Assembly: GCA_964480435.1 (NCBI GenBank)
Contig: CAYZSS010000006.1
Coordinates: 7,340 to 39,339, forward strand
DNA from: an uncultured archaeon
Lineage (GTDB): Archaea > Iainarchaeota > Iainarchaeia > Iainarchaeales > 0-14-0-20-30-16
Direction of reading: 5' to 3'
Length of the DNA stretch: 32,000 bases
The translations under genes were made by a program, and so were the position numbers. Positions 16,630 to 25,878 of this stretch are shown here, one piece after another. The notes beneath the pieces are model-generated. The model ran no database searches and had not been told where the DNA came from. It was given only the letters and a program-made list of their open reading frames with translations. Positions within the stretch are counted from its first letter, which is position 1. Every line of letters begins with the position of its first letter.

Positions 16630-17303
16630 TGCCTGGCTCTCCATCAAATGTTGCGAGAACAAAAACTACAGCGGTATCCACATATAACGAAGCAGGCAAA
16701 GATTATTTTTTGCATAATCTTGGAATATCTAGAGAAGTAGCGGAGTCAGTAGGGTTGCGATTAGAATACACATATATTGTAGTTGGTGGTAAAAAAATAC
16801 TGACGCCCACTTTTATCTTTGCAGGGGGTAAGGCGATTTCTTTTGGTGCAGGAATTGGTTTAAGTGATCTTAAACTTAAGGAGGGTACTTTTTTAAGGCC
16901 GGTTGCTAGGGCAGGTGTATCTTTTACTTTGCCTAAAACTGGGACTGGTGTAGAAGTAAAAGCACTTAACATTGCCCGCGATATGCAAAGTTTTTTTGGG
17001 ACACTAGAAGTAAACCAAGAATTAGTAAAAGACTGGCTATCTGCATCAGCAGAATATATAAATATGGGTCTTAAAAAAAATGACGTACAATTTGGTTTAA
17101 AACTGTCGCTTCAAGAAATTGTTAGGCACCCATTAACAATACAATTTATAAAAAGTTTGAAAAACGCCCATACCAATTATGAATTTTATGTGTCTACCCC
17201 TGTAATGATTGGGGGGAATAACGCATATTTATCTATTGGGGTTTATGGTGCAAAAAAAGAGCATGTGGGTACATTATTTTTTACAATTCCATTTGGTAAA
17301 TAG
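16629..17303 (+). CDS. Beta-strand-rich protein of unknown function (224 aa)
   Basis: Repeated amphipathic strand-like segments: LRLEYTYIVVGG, AGVSFTLP, GVEVKALNIA, VQFGLKLSL, YEFYVSTPVMIGG, AYLSIGVYGA, GTLFFTIPFGK. It has no N-terminal signal of its own. Confidence 0.6.
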   Translation: MPGSPSNVARTKTTAVSTYNEAGKDYFLHNLGISREVAESVGLRLEYTYIVVGGKKILTPTFIFAGGKAISFGAGIGLSDLKLKEGTFLRPVARAGVSFTLPKTGTGVEVKALNIARDMQSFFGTLEVNQELVKDWLSASAEYINMGLKKNDVQFGLKLSLQEIVRHPLTIQFIKSLKNAHTNYEFYVSTPVMIGGNNAYLSIGVYGAKKEHVGTLFFTIPFGK

Positions 17304-17330
17304 TTTTTTATAAAAAAAGAAAAGGAAAAA

Positions 17331-18440
17331 TTAGTTTATTTTTACTAATTTTTCGCCATCTACTTTGTATATTCCGAAGCTTGCTCTATCTAATATTCCA
17401 TCAGCATCAAATTTATGGTCTCCCAAAATTCCTTTATAACTCATGGAATATAATTCTGATTTTACTTTTTCTGGGTCAAAAGAATCTATACTTTCTATTG
17501 CAGTTTTTAGCATAAATAATGAATCATATGCCCAGCCGTAACAAAGCGAATCTATTGCCATTCCCTCTGTTTTTTTAGTTACTGTTTTTATTAATTCTTC
17601 ATCAGAAATTTTTGCTTCTGCTTTTATTGTATATGCTCCGTTTGTAGCTGACCCTAATGATTTTATTGTTTCGGGAGTTAACATCTGTGGAATATATAGT
17701 GGTATTTTTATTCCAAGTTGTTGGGCATCTTTTAATGTGTTCTCGGTTGGCCCAGGAAATTGTGCGGCATATATTAATTCTGGCTTTGAATCTGCAGCTT
17801 TTTGTAAAACTGTTTTAAAGCTAATCTCATCTTTTGCAGTTCCTTCTACAGATACAATAGTACCTCCTAATTTTTCAAAGCTTGAAATAAATCCTGTTTT
17901 TTCTCCTTCTCCCCAATCGTTGAGAGTATATATTATTGCAACTTTTCTAACACCTAAGGTACCGTAAATATATTCTGCCGATACTTTTGTTTCTAACTCA
18001 TCTAATGGGAATAATACAAATGAATAATCTCCGGCAGTTCTTACTTTTGGTGCTGATGCACAATATGATATATGTATTGTTTCTGTGCTTTCTGCGATGG
18101 CTGCTCCAGATAATACTTCAGGGGAACACAAACCACCGATAATATAATCTACATCATCTACTTGTATTAGTTTGTTGTATGCTTCACTTCCACCTGATGA
18201 ACTGCACTTTCCATCTTCGTAGATTATTTCAAAAGGTACTCCGTTTATTTTGTAGCCCATTTTTTCTGCAGCTTCTTCAACAGCTATTTTTGATGGTACT
18301 CCAAAAACGGCCATGTCTCCAGATAGAGGCCCTACAAAACCAATCTTTATTTTTGGTTCATTTTTTTCTAATCCCAGGAAAACCCCTAGAATAACAGCAA
18401 TTACTAATATTGCTCCTACAAACAAATAACTTTTTTTCAC
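17331..18440 (-). CDS. LivJ/LivK-type amino-acid binding protein with N-terminal membrane anchor; no ABC partner nearby
   Basis: GTG start with GGAGGGG SD. Anchor SYLFVGAILVIAVILGVFLGL. IKIGFVGPLSGDMAVFGVPSKIAVEEAAEKMGYKINGVPFEIIYEDGKC is the binding-protein N-lobe pattern. Paralogous to the ORF at 2290-3408. Confidence 0.8.
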   Translation of the reverse strand: MKKSYLFVGAILVIAVILGVFLGLEKNEPKIKIGFVGPLSGDMAVFGVPSKIAVEEAAEKMGYKINGVPFEIIYEDGKCSSSGGSEAYNKLIQVDDVDYIIGGLCSPEVLSGAAIAESTETIHISYCASAPKVRTAGDYSFVLFPLDELETKVSAEYIYGTLGVRKVAIIYTLNDWGEGEKTGFISSFEKLGGTIVSVEGTAKDEISFKTVLQKAADSKPELIYAAQFPGPTENTLKDAQQLGIKIPLYIPQMLTPETIKSLGSATNGAYTIKAEAKISDEELIKTVTKKTEGMAIDSLCYGWAYDSLFMLKTAIESIDSFDPEKVKSELYSMSYKGILGDHKFDADGILDRASFGIYKVDGEKLVKIN

Positions 18441-18558
18441 AGCGTCCCCTCCTTTTGGTTGCTATTTATTACTGGTTTTCTATATTTTTATGCCTTTCTT
18501 GAAATATTTTTTCTAATTCGAAACAAAAGTATATATTATTTTCTGTTTTGTAATACTT

Positions 18559-19527
18559 ATGGAGAATATTAATAACATTGACAGAAAAATTTTATTTGAG
18601 CTTGATTTTAATTCCGCTGCTCCTTTGTCTTTGATTGCAAAAAGGTTAAAAATATCTAGGCAAAGTCTTTCACATCGAATATTTGTTTTACAAAATAAAG
18701 GTGTTTTGGGATCTTCTATAGGGATTTTTGATAGTGCTGTGGTTGGCTTTTTCTGGTATAGAATTATTTTTAAATTAATAAATGCTGATAAAAAACAAAA
18801 AACAGACTTTTTTTCTTATTTGAAAACAAACAAAAATACTCTTTGGGTTGGAGAATTAGGTGGGGATGCTGATTGTATTGCTAACTTTGCTGCAAAAAAT
18901 ACTTCTGAATTTAATTTAATTTATGAAGATCTGATTTTTAAATTTGGAAAAATAATAAAAGAATTAGTAGTTTTACCTTATGTTGATGTTTATGATTTAA
19001 ATAGAGCTTATTTTTGTCCAACAGTTTCTGGAAGGCAAGAATTTTATCATTCAATGAAATTAAATGAAAATTTAATATTAGATAAAATTAATAAAGATAT
19101 AATTAAAGAATATTGTAAGGGGAAAATATCTTCAAATGTAAAAGTAGGATATTCTTTAAATGTATCAGATAATACAATTAGAAATAGAGTAAAGGAAATG
19201 AAAAAAAATAATTTTTTATTAGGTTTTAGGCAATTTGTAAACCCTAGTAGATATGGGTATGTAGTTAATTTTTTGTTTTTAGAATTAAACAATTGTGATG
19301 AAATTTCAGAAAAAAAATTATACGATTATGCCCGGAATAATAAAAATGTAATTTACATAACAAAACATATTGGGAAATGGCGTATCGGTTTGGAAATAGA
19401 AACCACTTCAACATATGAGTTTTATAGTATTTTTTCCGAAATAAAATCAGTTTTTAAAGACATTATTACGGATTTTGATCATTTTTTGCTAATCAAAGAT
19501 CATAAAATAAGGTATTTCCCTGAATAA
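18559..19527 (+). CDS. Fused tandem Lrp/AsnC-type regulator, paralog of the ORF at 14299-15246
   Basis: Unit 1: DRKILFELDFNSAAPLSLIAKRLKISRQSLSHRIFVLQNKGVL. Unit 2: LILDKINKDIIKEYCKGK...VGYSLNVSDNTIRNRVKEMKKNNFLLGF. Length and architecture match the first paralog. Confidence 0.7.
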   Translation: MENINNIDRKILFELDFNSAAPLSLIAKRLKISRQSLSHRIFVLQNKGVLGSSIGIFDSAVVGFFWYRIIFKLINADKKQKTDFFSYLKTNKNTLWVGELGGDADCIANFAAKNTSEFNLIYEDLIFKFGKIIKELVVLPYVDVYDLNRAYFCPTVSGRQEFYHSMKLNENLILDKINKDIIKEYCKGKISSNVKVGYSLNVSDNTIRNRVKEMKKNNFLLGFRQFVNPSRYGYVVNFLFLELNNCDEISEKKLYDYARNNKNVIYITKHIGKWRIGLEIETTSTYEFYSIFSEIKSVFKDIITDFDHFLLIKDHKIRYFPE

Positions 19528-19623
19528 ATATAACTTGTGAATCTGGTAATTTTGCTCTAATCCCTAGTGTTATCTGCTACATAAACCTCTTTTTTTATAA
19601 TTATATATCTACTATGTAATAGT

Positions 19624-21162
19624 ATGCAGACCGACATTTCTACTTCATTGGATTTGAATGCTATAATCGGCGAAGTTATCCAGTATACACAAGCAAAAGG
19701 GGTAATTGTAGATAAAGAGGCAGCAATTTTCTTGTCAAAGCAAGAGAATTATGAAGAAATAATTCAAATTGCAATAAAACAGAAAGAATCTTTCTTAGAT
19801 CTTAAAAAAGTAGAAGCAATTATTCTTAAATCTTCTTCTGACTTAAACATAACTTATGATAATAAAACAAACATTTCTAACCTTGAAGTAGTTGTAGAAA
19901 ATAGGGCAAAAAGAAAAGAAGCAAAAGAATATGATGCAAAAATAAAAATAATAAAAGATGCGGATGTTACAAATAACGCTACTGGTCAAGGAAAAGTAAG
20001 TGATTTTGTTGATTATCAAAAAGAAAGGTATGCAATTTTATCTAATTTTATAAAAAAACATTCTGGATTTTCTCCAGTAGCATCAAGTGGAATAAAATAT
20101 AGCTCTAAAGGAGTTGAAATAGATGTTATTGGCATGTTTTATGAAAAACGAGAAACTAAAAGTGGAAACTTATTAGCTGTTTTTGACGATTCAGCGGGAT
20201 TTTTTAATGTTATTTTTGATAAAAATAAACCCATATATGCGCAAGCCAGAAGATTATTAGATGATGATGTTATTGGAATAAAAGGAGTAAAAATAGATGA
20301 TAGGTTAATTTATGCGTCAGAAATAATATTTCCTGATATGCCTGTAGCAGTACCTAAAAAAATCGATTTAGATTTAGATATTGCATTTACTTCTGATATA
20401 CATTTAGGTAGTAAAATGTTTTTTGAAAAACAATTTAGTAATTTTATTGATTGGTTAAGTAATGGTGAAGATAGTAGTAAAATAAAATATCTTGCTATTG
20501 CTGGGGACGTTGTTGATGGGATAGGGGTATATCCTCAACAGGATGAAGAATTAGCAATGAAAGATATTTACAAACAGTATGAAGTATTGTCAAGTTATAT
20601 TGAAAAAATTCCGGACTATATAGAGGTATTTATTATTTCTGGGAATCACGATGCAGTAAGAAGGGCTGACCCACAACCAGCAATACCAAAAGAATATGTG
20701 AAAAAATTGTATTCTTTAAAAAATGTACATGTGCTTGGAAGCCCATCTGTTGCAGAAGTAGAGGGTTTAAATCTGTTAATGTACCATGGTAATTCTATGA
20801 ATGATATTCAACCAAAATTAGGGCTTTCTTTTTCTGAACCAATTCCAGCAATGGAAGCATATCTTTTGCGAAGAGATTTAGCACCTATATATGGTGGAAA
20901 AAATCCAATATCTCCGGATGTAGGTGGTTTTTTACAAATAAAAGAAGAGCCAGACATTTTTGTTACTGGTCATTTACATTCAAATGGTTACGGTACATAC
21001 AAAAGAACAACTTTAATAAACCCTGGGACTTGGCAGGACCAAACAAGTTTTCAAAAACAACAAGGCCATATGCCAACACCTGGGCGAGTTCCTTTGCTTA
21101 ATTTTAAGTCTGGAAAAATTATAGAAAAAGTTTTCATTAGTGAAAACAAACAGCAGGTGTAA
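19624..21162 (+). CDS. polB: DNA polymerase D (archaeal Pol II) small subunit DP1
   Basis: Calcineurin-like phosphoesterase motifs DIAFTSDIHLGS, IAGDVVDG, ISGNHD and GHLH, with an OB-like middle region. It sits directly upstream of DP2, with the stop 2 nt before the DP2 ATG. Confidence 0.9.
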   Translation: MQTDISTSLDLNAIIGEVIQYTQAKGVIVDKEAAIFLSKQENYEEIIQIAIKQKESFLDLKKVEAIILKSSSDLNITYDNKTNISNLEVVVENRAKRKEAKEYDAKIKIIKDADVTNNATGQGKVSDFVDYQKERYAILSNFIKKHSGFSPVASSGIKYSSKGVEIDVIGMFYEKRETKSGNLLAVFDDSAGFFNVIFDKNKPIYAQARRLLDDDVIGIKGVKIDDRLIYASEIIFPDMPVAVPKKIDLDLDIAFTSDIHLGSKMFFEKQFSNFIDWLSNGEDSSKIKYLAIAGDVVDGIGVYPQQDEELAMKDIYKQYEVLSSYIEKIPDYIEVFIISGNHDAVRRADPQPAIPKEYVKKLYSLKNVHVLGSPSVAEVEGLNLLMYHGNSMNDIQPKLGLSFSEPIPAMEAYLLRRDLAPIYGGKNPISPDVGGFLQIKEEPDIFVTGHLHSNGYGTYKRTTLINPGTWQDQTSFQKQQGHMPTPGRVPLLNFKSGKIIEKVFISENKQQV

Positions 21163-21164
21163 AT

Positions 21165-24100
21165 ATGCCAAAATTACCGCCATGCGATGAACTTACAAAA
21201 AAATATTTTGAAGAGCTGTTAAAAGGTGTAGATAGTCTCTATGCTTTTGCAAATGATGCAAGAAAACTAGGTTATGATATTAAAGAAGAAGTAGAAATAA
21301 AAAGAGCAACAAACTTAGCAGAAAGAACAGAAGCAATTATGGAAATACCAGGAATTGCAAAAAGATTTGAGGAAGTAATGGCAGAAAAAAAAGATAGATT
21401 TCAAACAATAATACAAATTTTTGATGAAATATTAGCAGGAAAAATTGGGAATTATCCAACAGATGAAAAAAGATTAGAATCTGCAATAAGAACAGCACTA
21501 ACTCTTTATACTGAGGGTGTTGTTGTTGCTCCTTTGGAAGGGATCCCTGCAATAAAAATTAGTTCAAATTCTGATTCTACAAAATATGTTGATATTTACT
21601 ATGCGGGGCCAATAAGAGCGGCAGGTGGAACAGCAACTGTTTTGCCACTTGTTTTTGGTTATTATGGTGCAAAAAAACTTGGGCTCGATAGATATAAACC
21701 AACGGAATCAGAAATAGAAAGATGTGTAGAAGAATTTAGAATAATTGGTAGAAAATATTCAAGACAAATTAAAGTAAGCGAAGATGATTTAAGACATATT
21801 GTAAGAGAATGTCCTATTTGTATAAATGGGGAAGCAACAGATCCTGAAGAAGTAGATGTATACAGAGATTTGGAAAGAGTAACAACAAATAGACTTAGAG
21901 GTGGAATGTTTTTAGTATTAACAGAGGGTGTAGTTCTTAAAGCGGCGAAGTTAAAAAAAATAGCTAAGGGTTTTGGATTTGAATGGAATTGGCTTGATAA
22001 ATTTATTAAAGTTAAGGAAGTTGGAAGCAATACAGAAATTTTGCCAAATTATAAATATTTAGAGGGTGCGGCTGCAGGAAGGCCTGTGTTTTCATATCCT
22101 TCTAAATTTGGTGGATTTAGGGTGAGATATGGTAGAACTAGAACAACTGGCTTAATGGCAAAAGCTATGCACCCGTTAACTATGGAAGTTTTGGGAGGAT
22201 ACATTGCAGTAGGAACTCAATTGAAAGTAGAAAGGCCTGGAAAAGCAACAGAAATTGGACCCTGCGATACTATTGAAAGTCCATATGTGAAATTAGCAAA
22301 TAAATCAATAGTAAAAGTAGAATCAAAAAGTTGGTACGAATTAAATAAAGACAATATTGAAAAAATTTTATTTGTTGGGGATATTCTTATTCCTTATGCT
22401 GATTTTAGAAAAACAGCACACCCGCTAATGCCTCCTGGATATTGTGAAGAATGGTGGGTTCTAGAATTAGAAAAAGAATTAGAGAAAAGAAATTTAGATA
22501 AAAAAGAATTTGAAAGTTATCTTAAAAATCCAAATGTTGTTTCAGAATCAGATGCAGTAAAATTATCTGAATATTTGGGGATTCCTTTACATCCAAAGTA
22601 TCTGTATTTTTACATAACTTTGACAGAGGAAGATGTTGCTTTTATAAGGGCTGCTTTGCAAGGGGCTGAAAAAAAATATGGGGACGAAAATAACTTTGAA
22701 GTGATAATGGATTATACTGAAAAGTTAGATTTTTTATTTACAAAAATAATAATGCCTATGACAGTAAAAAATGAAAAAATAATAATTAAACATGGGCTTT
22801 CATTGTTTAAAACTTTTGGTATTTTTGATATTGAAAAAGAAGCACCAATTGGCTTAGATATTTTAGAATTATTAAGTTATCTTGCAGGATTTCCAATAAA
22901 AGATAAGGCTGGATCATTTATTGGTGCTAGAATGGGTAGACCAGAGTCTGCTACAGAAAGAAAAATGACTGGTAGCCCGCAAGTATTATTCCCTATTGGA
23001 AAAATGGGGGGTGCAACAAGAAATATAAACAAGGCAGTGGATTTTAAATCACAAGAAAGTAATGGGTTATTTGGATTAAATAAATTAATGAAAGTAGATA
23101 TTGCTTTTTATAAATGCCCAAACTGTAAAAAAGAATTGGTGCATCCTTTTTGCTGGGATTGTAAAGTAAGAACTGAAAGAGTTTATTCCTGTAGTTTATG
23201 TGACAAAACTTATGAAAAGCGTCAGGAAAAATGTAGCTGTGGAGGAAAAATCCGTGCATCGAAATATGTGGATTTATCGCTTACAAAAATTTTTGGAGAG
23301 GCTGTAAAAAGATTAGGAGTTGAAGCCCCGGCAATGATAAAAGGTGTAGAAGGTTTAGTTTCTTATGATAAAATTGCTGAACCAATAGAAAAAGGAATTC
23401 TAAGAGCAAAAAATGGAGTTTATGTTTTTAAAGATGGTGTTTGTAGAGTAGATTTACTTGATTTTAATTTAAGCCATTTTAGACCAAAAGAACTTAATTT
23501 GTCTGTGGAAAATGCAAGAAAATTAGGGTACACAAAAGATATGTATGATAAAGAGTTAGTTGATGAAAACCAAACTGTAAGAATGTTTCCACAAGATGTC
23601 GTATTGAATTCTTATGTAGGGGATTATTTGGTGAAAGTAGCTGCTTTTATTGATGAACTATTAGAAAAGTTTTACAAGAAAGAAAAATTTTATAATGCAA
23701 AAAAAAGAGAAGATTTAATTGGGCAATATATTTTAGGATTGGCTCCTCACATTGTTGCCGGAATTGTAGGAAGAATTATTGGATATAGTGATGCGAGAGT
23801 AATGTTTGCACACCCCTATTTTAATACCGCAAAAAGAAGAAATACAGATGGTGACCAAGATTCAGCAATGCTTCTTTTAGATGTTTGTTTAAACTTTTCA
23901 AAAGAGTATTTGCCATCCACCAGGGGTGGAAAACAAGATACTCCTTTAGTTGCAACTGTTATTTTAGATCCGCAAGAAATAGATGATGAAGCATATGAAA
24001 TGGAAACAGTTGATAAATATACTTTGGAGTTTTACGAATCTGCAATGAAAAAAGCGGAGCCAAGTTTGAAATTTTTAGATATTGTTGGAAAATTTATTGG

Positions 24101-24587
24101 CACTGATAAACAATTTGATGAAATGAAATTTACGCATGATACAAAATTATTTGACGAAGGACCAAAACAGTCAACATATACTTTAATAAAAGATATGAAA
24201 GAGAAAATTTCGCACCAATTAGATTTACAATATAAAATAAACGCTGTTGACCATATGGCAGCATTAGAATTAGTTTTGTCAACACATTTTTTACCTGATA
24301 TAATTGGAAATGCAAGAAAATATGCGAGACAAGGATTTAGATGTACTAAGTGTAATAAAAAATTTAGAAGAATTCCTTTATCTGGTATTTGTTCTTGTGG
24401 AGGAAATATAAATTTAACAATTGCACAGGGTTCAGTAAGAAAATATCTGGGCTTAGCTACTGATATTTCAAAGAGATATAAATTAACTGATTATTTGGAC
24501 CAAAGAATAAAATTAATTTACAAAGAGGTGGATTCTTTGTTTGATAATGAAAAAATAAGGCAAAAATCTTTGGGTGACTTTTTTTAG
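21165..24587 (+). CDS. polC: DNA polymerase D large subunit DP2
   Basis: 1140 aa. Conserved GARMGRPE. Zn-finger clusters CPNCKKELVHPFCWDCK, CSLCDK...CSCGG and CTKCNKKFRRIPLSGICSCGG. Catalytic region NTDGDQDS. No intein-sized insertion. Confidence 0.92.
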   Translation: MPKLPPCDELTKKYFEELLKGVDSLYAFANDARKLGYDIKEEVEIKRATNLAERTEAIMEIPGIAKRFEEVMAEKKDRFQTIIQIFDEILAGKIGNYPTDEKRLESAIRTALTLYTEGVVVAPLEGIPAIKISSNSDSTKYVDIYYAGPIRAAGGTATVLPLVFGYYGAKKLGLDRYKPTESEIERCVEEFRIIGRKYSRQIKVSEDDLRHIVRECPICINGEATDPEEVDVYRDLERVTTNRLRGGMFLVLTEGVVLKAAKLKKIAKGFGFEWNWLDKFIKVKEVGSNTEILPNYKYLEGAAAGRPVFSYPSKFGGFRVRYGRTRTTGLMAKAMHPLTMEVLGGYIAVGTQLKVERPGKATEIGPCDTIESPYVKLANKSIVKVESKSWYELNKDNIEKILFVGDILIPYADFRKTAHPLMPPGYCEEWWVLELEKELEKRNLDKKEFESYLKNPNVVSESDAVKLSEYLGIPLHPKYLYFYITLTEEDVAFIRAALQGAEKKYGDENNFEVIMDYTEKLDFLFTKIIMPMTVKNEKIIIKHGLSLFKTFGIFDIEKEAPIGLDILELLSYLAGFPIKDKAGSFIGARMGRPESATERKMTGSPQVLFPIGKMGGATRNINKAVDFKSQESNGLFGLNKLMKVDIAFYKCPNCKKELVHPFCWDCKVRTERVYSCSLCDKTYEKRQEKCSCGGKIRASKYVDLSLTKIFGEAVKRLGVEAPAMIKGVEGLVSYDKIAEPIEKGILRAKNGVYVFKDGVCRVDLLDFNLSHFRPKELNLSVENARKLGYTKDMYDKELVDENQTVRMFPQDVVLNSYVGDYLVKVAAFIDELLEKFYKKEKFYNAKKREDLIGQYILGLAPHIVAGIVGRIIGYSDARVMFAHPYFNTAKRRNTDGDQDSAMLLLDVCLNFSKEYLPSTRGGKQDTPLVATVILDPQEIDDEAYEMETVDKYTLEFYESAMKKAEPSLKFLDIVGKFIGTDKQFDEMKFTHDTKLFDEGPKQSTYTLIKDMKEKISHQLDLQYKINAVDHMAALELVLSTHFLPDIIGNARKYARQGFRCTKCNKKFRRIPLSGICSCGGNINLTIAQGSVRKYLGLATDISKRYKLTDYLDQRIKLIYKEVDSLFDNEKIRQKSLGDFF

Positions 24588-24596
24588 AGTGATTTA

Positions 24597-25250
24597 ATGG
24601 ACTTTGATAATCTGTTTTCTATTCTTGAAAAAGAAACAAAAAAATTTAATGTTCCAGTGGTAGACTTAATAAAAACACAAACAAAAAATAATTATAAAAT
24701 TCTTGTGTCTACAATTTTGTCGGCAAGAACAAAAGATGAAATTACTGCAGAAGCTAGTAGTGGATTATTTAAAAAAGCAGAAAACTTTTTAGAATTAAAT
24801 AAACTAGGATTACAAGAAATAGAAAAACTAATTTATCCTGTTGGGTTTTATAAAACAAAAGCAAAACATTTAAAGCAAGTGGGACAAATTATTCTGGAAA
24901 AATATAAAGGGAAAATACCATCAGAAATTGAATCCTTACTTTCTCTTCCGGGTGTTGGAAGAAAAACTGCGAATCTTTATCTTTCTGTTGCACTAAACAA
25001 AGACGCTATCTGTGTTGATACTCATGTTCACAGAATTTTTAATAGGTTGGGGTTAATAAAAACAAAAAAACCATCTGAAACTGAGAAAGAATTGATGAAA
25101 TTGGTTCCAAAAAAATATTGGAAAAAAATAAATTTTTATTTTGTTGCTTGGGGTCAAAATACTTGTAAACCAATTAATCCTAAATGTAACTTTTGTAAGA
25201 TAAGTAAGTTTTGTAAAAGAGTTGGTGTAAATGTTAATAAACAAAATTAA
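24597..25250 (+). CDS. nth: Endonuclease III (HhH-GPD DNA glycosylase/AP lyase with 4Fe-4S cluster)
   Basis: ILSARTKDE. HhH LPGVGRKTANLYL. VDTHVHRIFNRLGL. C-terminal CKPINPKCNFCKISKFC (C-x6-C-x2-C-x5-C). Confidence 0.9.
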   Translation: MDFDNLFSILEKETKKFNVPVVDLIKTQTKNNYKILVSTILSARTKDEITAEASSGLFKKAENFLELNKLGLQEIEKLIYPVGFYKTKAKHLKQVGQIILEKYKGKIPSEIESLLSLPGVGRKTANLYLSVALNKDAICVDTHVHRIFNRLGLIKTKKPSETEKELMKLVPKKYWKKINFYFVAWGQNTCKPINPKCNFCKISKFCKRVGVNVNKQN

Positions 25251-25878
25251 TTCTTTGAAAAAATCAGAAATAAAAAAACAAGTTGACAAAAGAATAAACG
25301 AATTTGAAATAAACAGAACTGTTGATGAAATATTTTCTGAATTGTGCTTCTGTCTTTTGACAGCAAACTTTAATGCAGAAAGAAGCATAAAGATTCAAAA
25401 TGAAATTGGGGTGAACGGGTTCCTGAATTTGCCTGAGAAAAAACTTGTAGAAAAATTAAAAGAATTAGGACATAGATTTTACAATAAAAGAGCAGAGTAT
25501 ATTGTGGAAGCAAGAAAGCAAATAGGAAAAATATTTGCGGTGATTAAACAAGAAAAAGAAAAAAAGACAAATAAAAAAACAGAAAGCCTTGAAATAAGAA
25601 CTTGGTTAATTGGCAACATAAAAGGTTTAGGATTAAAAGAAGCAAGTCATTTTCTAAGGAATATTGGGTTTAAAGATTTTGCAATTATAGATTTTCATAT
25701 TGTAGACCTGCTAGTAAAAGAGGGGCTAATAGGAAAACAGAAACGAGGTGCTCTTACTCAAAAGAAATATCTTGATATTGAACAAATCTTATTTGGTATA
25801 AGCAAAAAAGTAAATCTTAATTTGGCAGAGCTAGATTTATATCTGTGGTATTTAGAAACAGGGAAAATACTTAAATGA
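25231..25878 (+). CDS. ogg: Archaeal N-glycosylase/DNA lyase (Ogg2-type 8-oxoguanine glycosylase)
   Basis: FSELCFCLLTANFNAERS and IKGLGLKEASHFLRNIGFKDFAIIDFHIVDLL match the Ogg2 family pattern. It overlaps the end of nth by 20 nt. Confidence 0.8.
   Translation: MLINKINSLKKSEIKKQVDKRINEFEINRTVDEIFSELCFCLLTANFNAERSIKIQNEIGVNGFLNLPEKKLVEKLKELGHRFYNKRAEYIVEARKQIGKIFAVIKQEKEKKTNKKTESLEIRTWLIGNIKGLGLKEASHFLRNIGFKDFAIIDFHIVDLLVKEGLIGKQKRGALTQKKYLDIEQILFGISKKVNLNLAELDLYLWYLETGKILK

Noticed and set aside
16608-17216. Treating every poly-G run as a contingency locus
   Set aside because: G6/C6 runs also occur inside conserved genes (DP2 at 23006-23011, the radical SAM gene at 25946-25951, and 17211-17216 in the beta-rich ORF). 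Only the G7 at the ORF junction is reported, and with caveats.
15348-17303. Apparent G+C elevation suggesting a horizontally acquired island
   Set aside because: Hand counts gave 42-50% in slices at 16561-16920 against 27% in a slice of the ATPase gene. However, a conserved slice of cdc48 (29521-29580) also gave 47%. Local G+C alone is not diagnostic, and no flanking repeats, integrase or tRNA were seen.
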